From NCBI GenBank assembly GCA_002633005.1, contig NMRA01000062.1, forward strand, positions 273,022-337,021: DNA of 64,000 nucleotides, given 5' to 3'. Of the stretch, positions 12,533-27,500 are shown piece after piece. The translations under genes and the position numbers were made by a program. Numbering within the stretch: the stretch's first letter is position 1; every line of letters begins with the position of its first letter. Below the pieces are notes generated by a model. The model was given only the letters and a program-made list of their open reading frames with translations, was not told where the DNA came from and searched no databases. This DNA comes from Phoronis australis (taxonomy: Eukaryota; Animalia; Phoronida).

Positions 12533-15500
12533 CTGTGACACGGTGGAAAGACAATGAGTCCGGGTAATCTAAAGTGTTCTCATGGATTGTATAATCATGC
12601 TCAACCAGCAGTTATAGCAGTCTGTAGAAAACTGACCTGCATTCTCAATTTACATATTTTGGCTCAGGAGGCTGCTAACCAGGGACTCACTTTTTGAGCA
12701 AACAGTATACCGTCAACAGGGGGAGCTTCATTTTGAACAAAGTACTTGATTGGGACAAAACCGTGAACCTTCACTAAAAAAATTCCACAACAAAGCGCAG
12801 AGTATTTCAAGTTTCCACCAAAAATTCGGATGAGAATCACTGGAACTGTGGGGATTACTATACCCAAATTCACCAGTGACAATGTATTCCATGTAAATAA
12901 ACGTAGATGTTAGCACAGTCCAATGCCAAAACAACAGATACAACTTCAAGACATGGAATAAGAGAAATAAATACACGAATCAGGGCCTAGCTCTCACTAC
13001 TCAATTCAAAAATACCAACAGCATAGCATGGTTTGAGTAAACGTACAAATTTGTACTCTAATCGTGCGGCATGACTGGTTAATTTTCAAGTCTGAATAAT
13101 TTGGAAAGTAGACCCTGAGCCGGGTTAGCAACAGATTAGTGCAACAGTTAGTACTTAGAACTGACAACTGCTCCATGTGGTGCTGGTGAACACAGAAGTC
13201 CTCAATAAAAACACTGCACATCCTCCAAGTGCAAGAGATTCAAGCACCGAATGGTCTACTTGATCTCTGACTTGACACACCCTCTGTGTTATTGAGGGAA
13301 AATGAATCAGGACATCTATTGGTCAGTAGAAACACTACAAACTCGACCTCTGATGGGCTATCCCCGACGTTTACAAGTCGGTCTTCACTTGACCTAAATT
13401 AAAGATCACATCATCCTTTGAAGTTTTTTTGACACAGGGCACAGGCTAAGTATATCATTCACGCATTCACTAAATCCACACATGCGCACATACACAGACT
13501 GAGAAGCCAGTACAAGCACACAACACAGTTAACCACCACCAATAGCATGAACGGCCGTGGGTGCAAATTACAGGGCACTGTTGTGGACTATGACTAGCAA
13601 GCCCTCTACTACTGTTGACAACATGCGCTGTGTAAATATTGAATAACTGACAGTACATACCAAGAAATAGTCACACAAAATTCAGTGTCCCCATTATGAG
13701 GAGTAACGACTAGTCATGATGGGTAATGACCTGACAGCATGATGGGTAATGACATGTCATTCCAGCCATTCTAAACGTGAATTCTGCTTGTTCTCTACTG
13801 TCGTGACTGGGAATTTGGCATCATTTTAGCAGAGTATTTATTTATTTATGTGTGCTTTAGATGTTGAATGTTTGTCCAACATTGGACAAATACTTCAAAA
13901 GCGCCATCTAGCGGCCCAGCTTATCTCAATTTCGACACTACATCCGAAAATGGACAACTTTGTAGATGCTTAAAGAATAAAAACCAGCAAGTTAAAATAA
14001 ATTTATCCGTGGGATGGGAACCTGTTGTACTAATATATAAAACTTGGTGGCAATAAAACTATGTCCTGGTCAACCGAGACAATAGCCAGAGAACACGGCA
14101 GCACAGATGACAAGGTGTTCAATTAAAACATCCGTTAGTTGGTTAGTACGTTAGTTGGAGGAAAACATCTGAAAATAACAAACGAAATGTAAACATTCAA
14201 CAAAATTTGACAGTGATCATCTTGGTAAACCTACATTAGCTTTGATTTTCTGAAAAGATTCCATAATCAAAACACTTTACAGACCGTTCACCGTAATTCA
14301 TAACCAAAACTGTTAAGAGACCGTTCACAACCATGCAATGATCAAAACCCTTTAGGGACTGTTCACAATTATCCATGATCAAAACATTTTCGGTACCGTT
14401 CATAATCATCCATGATCAAAATGCTTTAAAGACAGTTCACTGTAATTATCCGCGAAAAAACACTTTAGGAACTGTCACAATCGTCGACACTTTCACAAGA
14501 ACATTACTTTGTCCCACCTGTAATTTTGAGTAAAGTATTGTTCAGAGGTTGATTAGTCTGAGATTTCCACCATATTGTCTGCCTGAGAGGACGCCTGTCC
14601 TGAGGCAAAGTGTGACCATAGCTTATAGTATTGGCTTTAGTCCTATTGTCTACGATTTATGGCGTCAGGTGTTTAGATCCTAGCTCTATCGACAAAAAGG
14701 GGGAGTTCAAGGCCGAGGTCAGAAAAGCCGGAACCAGACGATACTTGGGTGGTGTGGTCTTGTGATATATTGCATTTGGTTCTTGGCAATTGGGAGGTTG
14801 TCTTCTCAAGTTTTGGAGATATAAAAATAAAAAGCAACTCTAAAAATTGAATTTTGTCTTTTAACGTCACCATTATCAAACGTCAAAAGCTACGTTAACA
14901 ACAAGCCCATCCCTCTGTAAATCGTGCAGTTTGTACACTTGTGAAAATGACGACAATAGTGAACTTAGTTCCTTGATTTCCTAAAACAGCAAACAACAAC
15001 TGCACAATAGAAACTTTTATCACCTCTTGTTATGAAAAGAAATTTCACACCTTTAACGGCCCGTAGCGTATATTTGCGAGTATTGTACGTCTTCAAGAAT
15101 GCAACATTTCTGCTTCCAACAGAGAACTTAGGGCAAGCGTGAAATCATTGTAGACGTTACACAACAAACAGCTCACACCATACAATGAACTTACTGGTGA
15201 TAACATGACCCTTCTTTAGCGGGGGAGATAACCTCCATTCAAAGCCAATCTTCACCATGGCTGTATTCCTGGTGGTGAGTCTATGCTGAACGTGGAACCG
15301 ATATGCCAGCACAGCTAGAGGTTGAGGACAAAAAAGGCAGTTACTAGAAAATCACAGCGACAGCAGGCATCCAAGGTGTCAGTCACCCCAATGAGTACGC
15401 AATGTTTCTTACGTTCTTAAGTTATATCAGTCTTCCAAAAGTTAAGTTACCCAAACACCCATAAGAAAAATAGACAAACAATTGTCTGAGTCACTTGAAA

Positions 15501-18500
15501 ATTAGCTGGAAAATTTTGCTTCTCCGAATTTCACCAAGAACATTATATAATATTGTCATTTCTTTTAAAACTTGCGCATACAGATAACATTGCTCAATGC
15601 TCAATTTCTTCGCTAGTTTTTCACAGAACCACCTTGAACAAGTTATACTCAAGATGGGATAAACATTTTGTAGTGTTTGTTTTTGTTGAGAAATTTGACA
15701 AAGGAAAAAAATGTTAAATTCGTTTTCAAATCACTATGAAGCTCTAGCAAACTTTTTGTTCCAGGAACTAGACTGCCATAAGAACACATTATTTGCAGAA
15801 TTTGTGACAGAAATATTTTTGTGTTGTAAAATTTAACTGAAATAAACGTTTCTGCATAAATAAAGTCAAAGTAATGATAAAAAAGAGAGTCGTATCAGGT
15901 GACTGATGTTAATTCAAGAGGCCGAGGGTGTGTTGTTTTTGATGCCCTCTTGTTCTGGATTGTACAAGATACATTCGTGTCAATATGTTACATAAACAAA
16001 TAAATAAATCAACGACTTGTCCACAACAATGCATGAACAACTGAAGACCGTTAATCATACCCAACACAGCTTGCACACAAACCTGAGGGTGTAATCTGCC
16101 TTAATTTAATTCACAGCTGACATAATTGTAAACTTTTGAATGTTTTTATCATCTGCATTTAAATTTCCCGTCTCTCCTCTTACTTTCATAAAAATCCATC
16201 TTTTAAAGTTCAAACTAAAAAATTCCTATCCCTGATGTTCTCTGCACACTAACTAATAGAAAACAGCATGTCTTACCAGCTTTGCGCAAACTGAGCTCAG
16301 CCATTGCCGTGAAGTGCTTGTGAATTCTGTAGAGTTCCGCTGCCAATGGCATCCTCTCCAGGGTGGGAAATGGTTCGTCAGCCATCATCTCTTTAAACTT
16401 CTTGTAGGTGTAGAATTTCTGCGAGCTGTGGGCTTGTATGAAGTATTGCACCAGATCTGGTAATGAATAAATAGGTCAAGTTCTAAGAGATGACCAGAAC
16501 TAGTAACGAGTAAGTCAATTCAAGATATGACCACAACTGATGTGCAGGTCAAGTTAAGGTATGACCAGAACTGGGTATGAGCAGGGCAAGTTACGACATG
16601 AGCAGAACTGGTAATGTCAGTAAGTAAAGTTAAGCTATGACCAGAACTGGTAATGAGTAGGTCAAGTTAAGATTTGACCAGAACTGGTAATGAGCAGGTC
16701 AAGTTAAGGTATGACCAGAACTGTATGAGTAAGCCAAGTCAAGGTATGACCAGAACTGGTAATGAGCAGGTCAATTTAAGATATGACCAGAACTGGTAAT
16801 GAGTGGGTCAAGTTAAGGTATGACCAGAACTGGCAATGATTAGGTCAAATTGAGACATGTTCTACTAAATGCAGTCAACACGGCAGTTACAGGAAGGGTG
16901 ACGAGCAATATGAAGTGTAAACATTAAACAAACGCATTGATATATAAAACCAGGGTCACCACACTAAGCACTGGCAATAAAAACTGGTGAACAGAGAGCA
17001 AATATTTTGAACAAGGTCATTTTAGGCTATAGAATCTTTTACAAAATGATTGTTAAGAAAAAATACTAACTCTCACTTACACACAGTAAGACATTACCTT
17101 TTGAATGTGAATTGGAGAAGAAGTTGAGAACATGGCTGTAGGTCTCCTGAACACTCCCAACAGAGGGGAGCAAGGAAGGTGCTGGAATGGAGGTCACATG
17201 TCAGTCCAGGTTCTTGAATGATAGGAATTCAGCTCATATACTAAAACCTCCAATTTGGTTTCAGCTGCACGACAACAACCATTTCTAAATCAACACTTGC
17301 AGGACAATAATCCATCACAGATCCAAGAGTTACTGTCATCACTTGCAGGACAATCATCTACCACAGATCAAAGAGTTACGAGAACCATTCATCTATGGAT
17401 AACAGAGAACCAAAACCTAATGCATGAAATGGCTAATTTAACTGAATTTATTGGGGTGAAATTACCGTAATTTTAACTCTGTATAAAGCCTTCAATTTCA
17501 GAAGTCAAACATTTAAAAAAATCGCTAGTTTTAGCCCACGCTATATATGAAATTATTTTAGCTTGAATTTGAAAACTGCATTTGGGATGAAAGTTTTTAT
17601 TTTGTCTGTGCTTCAGAAACAAAAATGGTGAATCTGACAATTTTTCTAAAAATTCTTGTCAAATTTAAATTGAATAACTCTCGTTGGCATACCCAAGTAG
17701 ATTCGCCACATTTAAAAGGCATTTTCACGAGTTTTCACGTTCCATGCCTCTTTAATACGATACAGTACACACATTGTACCACTACCAAGGCAATGCCAGA
17801 CTACAATTAAACTGAATGAGAGCAATGTTGCTTCTTTTATTTGATTTCTTCGTATATTAAGATTGTCTCGTTTCTTCTGACGTGAGCCCTACATTACATA
17901 ACCTGTGCCCCACTCAAATGTACATCACTCGTTACGCACCATCAATGATGCGACGTGCCTCCTCAATGGCCTGCTTAAACATGTCCAGCCCAAGTGCTTT
18001 GACTGCTGCCTGCAACTGAGGCACACGGATGACCTCAGCCAACACCTCGTCTTCATCCAACAGGACACCTTCAGCAACTGTAACCAAGGCAACGAAATAA
18101 CTCCTATGTTGTTAGGCATCGAAATGCACAGGGTGAAAGGGCATGAAAGGGTATGAAAGAACTTTGGCCTTGATGCTGACGACAATGATGGGAGATGATG
18201 ACAAGAATGATATTTGTGCTGGTGATGACAGAGACCGTGAGGGGTGACAGAGACGGCGAGGGGTGGCAGAGATGGTGAGAGGTGACAGAGACAGTGAGGG
18301 GCGACAGAGACGGTGAGGGGTTACAGAGACTGCGAGGGGTGACAGAGACNNNNNNNNNNNNNNNNNNNNNNNNNNNNNNNNNNNNNNNNNNNNNNNNNNN
18401 NNNNNNNNNNNNNNNNNNNNNNNNNNNNNNNNNNNNNNNNNNNNNNNNNNNNNNNNNNNNNGACAGAGACAGTGAGGGGTGACAGAGACGGTGAGGGGCC

Positions 18501-21500
18501 ACAAAGACTGTGAGGGGTGACAGAGACTGTGAGGGGTGACAGAGACAGTGAGGGGTGACAGAGACGGTGAGGGGCCACAAAGACTGTGAGGGGTGACAGA
18601 GACTGTGAGGGGTGACAGAGACAGTGAGGGGTGACAGAGACGGTGAGGGGCCACAAAGACTGTGAGGGGTGACAGAGACTGTGAGGGGTGACAGAGACAG
18701 TGAGGGGTGACAGAGACGGTGAGGGGCCACAAAGACTGTGAGGGGTGACAGAGACTGTGAGGGGTGACAGAGACAGTGAGGGGTGACAGAGACGGTGAGG
18801 GGCCACAAAGACTGTGAGGGGTGACAGAGACAGTGAGGGGTGACAGAGACGGTGAAGGGCCACAAAGACTGTGAGGGGTGACAGAGACAGTGAGGGGTCA
18901 CAAAGACTGTGAGGGGAGGCACAGACAGTGAAGGGTGACAGAGAAAGGATACGGCCAGATAATTATGTTGCTCTCGTTTTCTCAAAATGTTCTTGAAAGG
19001 ACAATACAAGGAAATTCCCTACAACTTTTCTAATGTTATTTGCCCATCCAAGACAACTATGATGAAATTTTGTGACATCAGAAAGTGATTGCATGAAAGT
19101 CACACGCTACATAGCAGTATCAGATCAGAATTACGCAACACAGCTTTTGGAGTCATTTCTTCCAACATTGTCTAAAAAATTAAGACACACAGCAGACAAA
19201 TCCTGATACACCTAACAACAATACTAACCAGATGACCCCTGACCCATGATGTTGATATGCTCAGACGGTGTGGTCCTGACAGTCACTGCCTTCATGAACT
19301 CTCTCATCAACAGGGTGACCTTATCCAACTCTGGTTGTGTTAGGCCACCATGGAAGTCGACCTGGTTGGAGTGGAGTTGTCGGCACAGCTCTGCTATATC
19401 CTCTGTATAAACAGAATGTAGAGTCAGACGGGAGATGTGCTGATGATAATGCAGTTATCACAATAGGATTAATAAGAGCTTGGAGGAAAGAATGGAAAGA
19501 AAAATCAGTTTCATTGGTGATTATTCGAGCAACATATAAGCAATTATTAGCGACGACACAGCCTTTTAATTGTTGACGATAAAAGCAGCCCCTGGCAATA
19601 ACTTCCATGGGACTGAGTGTTGACGCTCCGCTGTTAAAGCCACCAGTCCTGTTTACTGCGAAGTTAACTGGCGCTGTTAACTTTGATCCAGGACCAAAGT
19701 TAACCATTCATACTGACCGCAACTCCCCAAAACATCAATGTGTCAACGTTAGTATGAAAGGGTCTTTAGTCATACAGCTGTCTCAGTTGGACTGTGTAAC
19801 AGCTTAACAAGTGTTCATGGTTCTGACTGAGAAGGTAATTTTTATCACCCCTTACAGATTCTGAATAGCTGAGCCCAGGACGATTTGCTTTGACTGCTGC
19901 AATGATTTAAAATGCGTTCCATAACCCCCCTTACACACCACCTGTTGGTCAATACAATCAAATCACTCAACTGAGTCATTACCTGTAATACCTACAGCAC
20001 TAGTTAACAAAACCACAACTGACAAGCGTAGCCATGGAAACATGACCACAGTGGGCTATTCACAGCTCATCCCAATCAAGGGGTTTTGTCACGACATACA
20101 TTAAAGTCAAGTACTTACCAGGGCTAACAAGGGAGGCTATTTGTTTGTTGTCCTCCAAAAAACATTTCATTTGTTTCAGTATCAGGCTGGTGGTTACACT
20201 CTTGGCAGGAAGGTTGTCTTCCAATGAAGACAAAATGAAGGTAGTTTGGTCGATGAACTGTTGTCTCACTGGGAACATAAGGTACAAAATATGTAAAGAA
20301 TCTCGAAACGATGCTACAAAACAGTCTCAATATTGCAACATTTTCTTTGCGAATACTAATTCATATCAATGGCAAAAGAAGACAGATTTGTTGACACGGT
20401 TCTGAGGAATGTCTAGGTGGTGGCCAGCATGAGACTGCAAGGATTCAAAGGTACAAAGGATTACACTCAGTCCTTGATACATCACAAAGTAACAATACAA
20501 AGTAACAGAATACGTATACACTTTCAACTCAACAATGTATGGTCAATATCATGTTAAATATTCAGACAGTGATAACACGGTTACATATTACAGCCATCCA
20601 GTCATGCATGTTATCAAATGGGTTGTAATGGGTTGCACAGATTAAGAAAACACTCTGAGGAGCTACACTTGGCGAAGTCGAACAAAGACTTTAGAACATC
20701 GCCGATGATGCTGGCATTGATAAAAACCATTGAGTAACATTAGCTTTTTACATGCCATTGGCAAATGCACTTACATTTTTTATCTTTGAGACGTTTCAAT
20801 AATTCTGTCAGACCTGTAAAATGAGTTTACAATTAAGGATAACTGACATCTCCCAGGCTTGCAATAATTAACTTGGAAACAACAAGTAATGATCTAGTGC
20901 TGATACAACACCTGAAAAAAATGTAATTTTTATCACTGACTAGTCCTAGTCACTGTAACAGCTGAAATTTACTACCCTCCCTTGACCAGCATCATGTGAG
21001 TACTACACAGTGTGCTTTGTTATAAAAAAAATCCTACACCAGAAGTCAGAGCATGAATTCGTCGACGCGCAAAGCCATATGTAAATACAATGGCATGTCT
21101 CAATTGTCGAGATGGACATGCTGTGTAGTCAGAGTCTGGCTTAAGCTAAGGGATACCTACAGGCAACAAGTTCTTTGTCTTCTACCGGTTGTGTCTCTTG
21201 AGGTATCTCAGTCTTCTGTAGCTTCACATCGTCTGGTGAGAACAAACAAACAAGTCGATACTTAGAGTGGACACTGCAATCAGCATCATCAAAATTCCAC
21301 AAGTTCTTTTGAAGGTCCCAGCAAATTAGTTGATGCTAGGTACATCAGCTTGACACCACGAGGCTGACCCTGCATCCCCTGACCAAATTCCAGTGTTGTC
21401 CACATATTCTAGGGTGTATGTTTTTTTCTTAATTTCATTCAATATCAATGACAAGAAGTAAAAATAATATATTACAAAGTAACCCATGTCATCAAAAAGC

Positions 21501-24500
21501 CACCAACAACTTCGGCTGTCAGTGAACTGCCATGTAACTGCAGTTGAGACCAGCCATTGAAATACTAATTCTCACACACCACTAGAGGACTACCCTACTC
21601 ACCTATCACAATAGTGGGCCTTTTCACAGGGACGTGTCCTTTCCGTTCACCAAAAGTCTTAAGGAGGAATACCACTTCCTCCTTGATAACAGTAGCACTT
21701 CGTCCCGTCCTCTCAACAATGGCCTGAATTACTCCAAAATAGGTGGTGAATAACCTGTCCATCACCACTGCATCATCGAAGGCTGAAACCATAGGAAGAC
21801 GAAGTTACCGGCTTAGGGGACGGTTTTCAGGAATATGGTTGCTAAGTGTCATGGAATGCTTTGGCCAGAGAGTTATAAACCTAGGCTGCATTTTGTAGAA
21901 GACAGTAGCTTGAACTTGCAGTGAAAAATTTCCTCTCTTTGAATGGAAACGGTGAAGTCTAACCCGCAATTCCACCACACAATTCAATATTCCAACCTCA
22001 ATGACCACTCAGTTCACCAAACACCATTTCCCTAGATTGCAACAGTAAGGTCTCAAGCAAAGGTTACTCGCGAAACACTTGCCTTCCGCTCACGTGACTT
22101 AGCCTGATCTCGCAGGAAAGTTGGCTTACAGAATGCATCCCTGGATGTTCATTACTTAAAATACAGTCATTTAAGTGTGAGGACCAACTAGACATCAAAA
22201 CACCGGCCGGTACAATGTGGAGTTAGTCTTTATATCTCATGCAACAAATATTTAAAATACAAAAGTCAAAAGAGTAGCTCTAGAAAGGAATAATCACCGT
22301 TGTTGGCCCCAGCTTCAGTAAAAATTTTCGCCAAACCTATACAAAACCAATTCAACATATGAACAGAACTTTCATCAATGTCATGGATATAAAAAATAAT
22401 TGCAGGCGGTCTTATAGACATTGCAATGATCACCTGGAACCATTTTATGCTTTATCAATATAGTTAAAACCAAGGTGAGGAATAAGAGACGTGCATGACT
22501 CAAGGGTCAAGCAGTGTGTCCCAGTTGGACTTGATGTCATGACCTTGAGCCTAGAAAGTGGACATTTGTTCCAGCAGGCCACATTATCTCCTGCTTCATC
22601 AATGTCCTCACTTTGTATGACCAAAGCATTGTGAACACAAACTTGAGTTTCTTTAGAACACCAAAAACAAAATGGATAGCACATAACACTAAGTTCAACT
22701 GCTGATGAAATTAGAAAAAACAACGACATGTTTCGGCGATTATTAAAACACCATCATCAGGAGAAAAAATAGTGGACACGTTGTGAGGCCCAACAACAAA
22801 TAACGATACACACCCACTCTCAGTTACAGGGGAATAACAATTATAGAATAACAATGCCAACCTGTGGTGTGCCAGTTGCCTATTGAGACTAGGCTTGCAC
22901 CAATTGATGTGTAGAGCCTCACAAATTTTCAGCTCCATTGTTGTTTCTGCTTGGTCTACTGGTGTTTTAATAAACGCTGAAACATGTCAAGCCGGTTTAA
23001 ATCCATCTTTGTTTTTATTAACATATGCCGCTACTTGCTATCATGGATATCTGATGAAATTACACATTTCAACAACAGCAAAATTTAAAAACGCCGCAGT
23101 TCAAGCAACATGCACAGTTAACTATTTTTTTGTCCAATAGGTGGCAACAAAGAGGCACCACATCAACACAAACTCTTGGTGGCTTCAATACGTAGGAAGT
23201 AATGTATGTTTGTCACTTTAAACTAACTTACCTTTGGCTACTTTGTCGCCAACCCGGTTAATAAAATTACTCAATTTGCTATCGGTCTTCATCTCGTCAA
23301 CCACCGAGTCCAGAACTTCGCGTTCAATCTTACGCTTCATGGCTGTCAAATACAATCTTCATAATTCACCAAATGTAAGCATTCACCGTCATCAGTCGAA
23401 GCTCAGAATACTCTATCTAGACTTTAATACCGGAGCACCAGAAAATGTCCATTTGGCTAACTTCAAAACTTCAAACCTCAAAACATTTTGGAAAGTTAAA
23501 CACTTTAATTGGATTCATATGACCTTTCTGATTCTACGCTTTACGCACTGTTCTCCAAAACGTTGTTTTAAAATGTTCCACTTTTGCACGAGGGGCTATC
23601 AAAAAATACGACGACTGCTTTTAATGAAAAAAAAGTCATAAAAAACGAAAACAGATTGATATGTTTTACCTTGACTATTTGTATCAACAAACTTTGGTCA
23701 TGCTATTGATATCGTTGCATTTCCTTTAATGTATATTTCATTTTCACTGATATGACGTGGTCACGCGACCTAATAAATCGCACATTGGTATTGATTCAAA
23801 AATCCAATTCTACACAATTTCTAACTTCAAAAATATATAAACTTTTTTTGAAAATCTGTAATTTTGTAGATATTTAGCTCAAGACAAAGACTTGTCAATA
23901 AGGTCCTACAAGTTTATGGGGAATTTACCATGAAATGACATGAGTATATTCAACGTTTACCTTTCACACTTTGAACATCAGAACGGGACCCTTGTGTTGG
24001 GAATGGTTTTGTCTGCAGGAATGTCTTCATTGTTTTGTCGACCACAGAGTGTCTTCTGTAACCACCTGGGGGAAAATAATGAAAAGTATTGACCTGCGGC
24101 ATTTATAACCTACTTAGTCTATCCTGTCATCAAATGTCAAAAATGTCATGATTAGTTGGAACTGAAAACAAGCGGCAACTTACGCCTTGACTTCATGTAC
24201 TTATCCGTGACTGTAAAGAAAGTTGATGCGTGGTATCAAATGCGCTACACAAATCAACTAAGTCATTACAACTTATGAACAACTTGGACATGAAGACAAA
24301 AGTGAATACTCAGTCTACGTAACGAGCCCAGGGCCCGGTCTCTAATCTTTGTACTCGAAAGGAACTCGAAACTATTTTTGGAAATTTCTCTGCTCCTTTT
24401 GCGCGAACTTAAGATAATTGGTTATCAGACTGTGCTCGAATACATTATACTTAATGCATAGGAGTTTCTAGTTCAAGTTTGCCCTTGAAGACCCTTATAT

Positions 24501-27500
24501 TCGTGCTACAAACTCGAGTAAAAGCTCGAAATTTCTAGTTCAAACTTGAACTTATTGCTTTAATATTGGGTTTACAAACTGTGAACTAAGGGCAATAAAT
24601 TGTCTACGTAAGTTATTGTGTACTCGAGCATAGAATAATAGACACTTATCTCGAGTTCGCCCAAAAGTAGAGTAGAAAATGACAAACCTAATTTCGAGTT
24701 CCATTTCGAGTAAAAAGATTGGAGACCGGGCCCAGGAAAAAAGATCAGCAAATATAACCCGATAAAGTAGGAGTCGTATAAACCAGACCTTTCTAGTAAT
24801 GTGTACAACAAAATAAATGACAATAACCTCTTTCAACCGTCACGTCATCACAGTAACATTCACCCAGTTCAGCTATGATATACGTCTCAAGGAGCGTCTC
24901 AACTTTCTCAGTCAGTATTTTATCTGCTCGAAGTCTTGCAGCTGAAAAATACAACAACGTAAACAGTGAAAACAACGACACTACCCGTTGTATCAAACAC
25001 CCAGACAACGGGAGGTATTCACCACGACTTCATTTTTCTTAGCATTACGTACAGCCAGTGCACACGCGGAGCTATGAGCTGAGCCCTCTGCTTCAAAAGA
25101 ATGATTCCTGAGCTGACAACTGACATCAAGAGCAAGGGAATTAACTCAATTTGTCTTATTTTCATGCCTTAACGCGAGCTCAACTCTTGCTCGCTTGAGC
25201 CAGAGAGCTCAACTCGTAGCTAGCTCTGTCTGTAGTGGACCATTATAAAAGAAAATTAACTATCAGAGAGCAACCACACTACAAAGTGTAGACAGAGCTA
25301 TCCCTCGAAATCATCTTTGTGCCCCAGACAACACCCAAGGATGACTATGAAACTTATAATAAATTAAATTTTTTTGTATCAAAAAACTTACCAACATGAT
25401 CAAGCGTTTCCATAGTATACATGCGCAGATTTTCAGCTGTATGGAAAAGAAGTAAGTTTTTCATTATTTTGTATAAATAAGTGATATACAGCCTCGACAT
25501 TTACTAAATCGAGGCACGGCAAAAGGCTGATTATTGATTTTTATTTGGTAAAAAATACACCAATCCAAGCTTGTCAAAATTTATCTCAAGAGGACAACTA
25601 AAACGGAGCGTAACATTATTTAGTTCCGACTCCAAAAACCACAAAGCTACAATTAGTTTTTGGATAAATTGCAACTATTATCATGAAGCTTATTGTCCAT
25701 TTTATTTTTTCTCTGCGAATAGTTTTAAAGAAGCTTGATTAGAAGTATTTTTAACACGGAATAGTGCGCTCTTTGCACTGTCATGAAGCTAAATGGCATT
25801 ATGGTTGATGTTTCAAACATTTCTAATAGCAAGGTAGCATATGCTACAGGTCGATGTTTCAAACATCTATAAAAAATAAATTGCATTAAATAGAGGTCCA
25901 ACTGTTTAATTAGTCACGGGACACTATACGTGCCGTACATGCTAAATAAAAATGACAGATATAGGACTCGTAGAAATGGTTCCGTTCTGTCCACAAGGTC
26001 TGGCTGCAACAAGGAGGCACCTGTCAAAGAATCATCTGCACAGTAGATATCTTTTCATGTTTTGCGTTACTGTTACTTCCTAAAATGGCGTTTTGATGTT
26101 GATTTCAATTCTGAATTAAAAAATTGTATTGGGCCGATGAACATGTGCACAAATAATATAATTACATCATATGATTACATAATAATTATCATCCACTTCA
26201 GAATTACCTAGATCATTTTCTGAGTTGATCTCCTTACAAACCAGCTCGCATTCGCGTTGAAAAGCTTTCCGGAAAAAAGGTTCATGAACTGGAACAAAAA
26301 CAGTTTATTATTACATAATAGGTTTTGACACTGATATTACGACACAAGAAAACTCAGAAAAGTGAAGAAATGGAACCCAAACAAAATTTATTTAACAAAA
26401 ATTAATTCGTGATAACCACCAAAAATATACTATTCTGAGTTAGCAGCCTTTAATTCAATGAACTTACCAATTTCTGTTAAAAGCCTTTCTTTATCTACAA
26501 ACAAAACGTAACTCTGATGTGAATTGAAACAGTACCTGACATCTGGTGACTCAAAACAAACCATTATGCAAATAATTTTACAGTTTCATCACAAGCATCT
26601 CCAGAAACCAAAATCTAACAATGCACCAATTGCTATGTATTATACCATTTTTTAAAAAAGTATCTAAATTTTAGAATTTACCAGAGTTCAGTTTTCAGAA
26701 TAAAACTTACCTTGTCCTATGAGTACATGGGTCATGTGCTGCAGAAGAACTGGAAACAGAACAAACTTTTAGGCAACTTCAAAGCAATGTCAGAGGTCAG
26801 ACAAATTTTTGAATGGTGAAACTAAAAACTTAATTTTCCAGACACTAAAACAATAAAAATTTCCCCATTTTCACTGATCATGGGCTTGTACCAGTAATGT
26901 TCATAACTCTTCACAAACTCAGAAAATTTTCTTTAGCCACAATAGATTACCAGATCTCTAGTGTACGGTAAAGATTGGAGCAAAATATGGCGGAAAGATG
27001 AAATTTTATTTTGTCAAAAATTTCAACACGAGTAAACAAGAAGACAAATTTACTTGACTATTTGAGAACGTTATATGGTACAGCTGTTGTCAACAAACAC
27101 GAGATGAAATTTTAAACATTTTGTCAATAAAGTGGTAGTTTAAAAAATCAAAAAATAACAATTTTAGACATTATTTTTGTTCGAATTATAGGAAAATTTA
27201 CCGTTAGTCAATATTATGGAATCTTTTCTTTCCAGATTCAAAATTTGTGGTCCCAATTTTTAACTTCATTCAATGAGACTTGTTTTCAGAACCAAGAGCA
27301 GACGTAAAGAATTTTACAACACATGGAGATTACCTTTCAAACTGAACAAGCTAAGAATAGTACTGTGTAAATAGAGAGTCGTTGTGCGCCAAAAACTGTT
27401 TAAATGATAAACTGACATGTGATTTCTAAACATGCATTCATGTGAATAAGTTAATCTTTTAAAGAGGTGTGGAATCGCAAACACGTCCAAGTCTGGTCTA

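Noticed and set aside
16457-16855. CRISPR-like 37-bp repeat array
   Set aside because: Units are contiguous with no unique spacers, there are no cas genes, and the context is a eukaryotic intron.
18104-19009. Long ORFs of 180-301 aa
   Set aside because: They are translations of a 19-bp minisatellite spanning an N gap.
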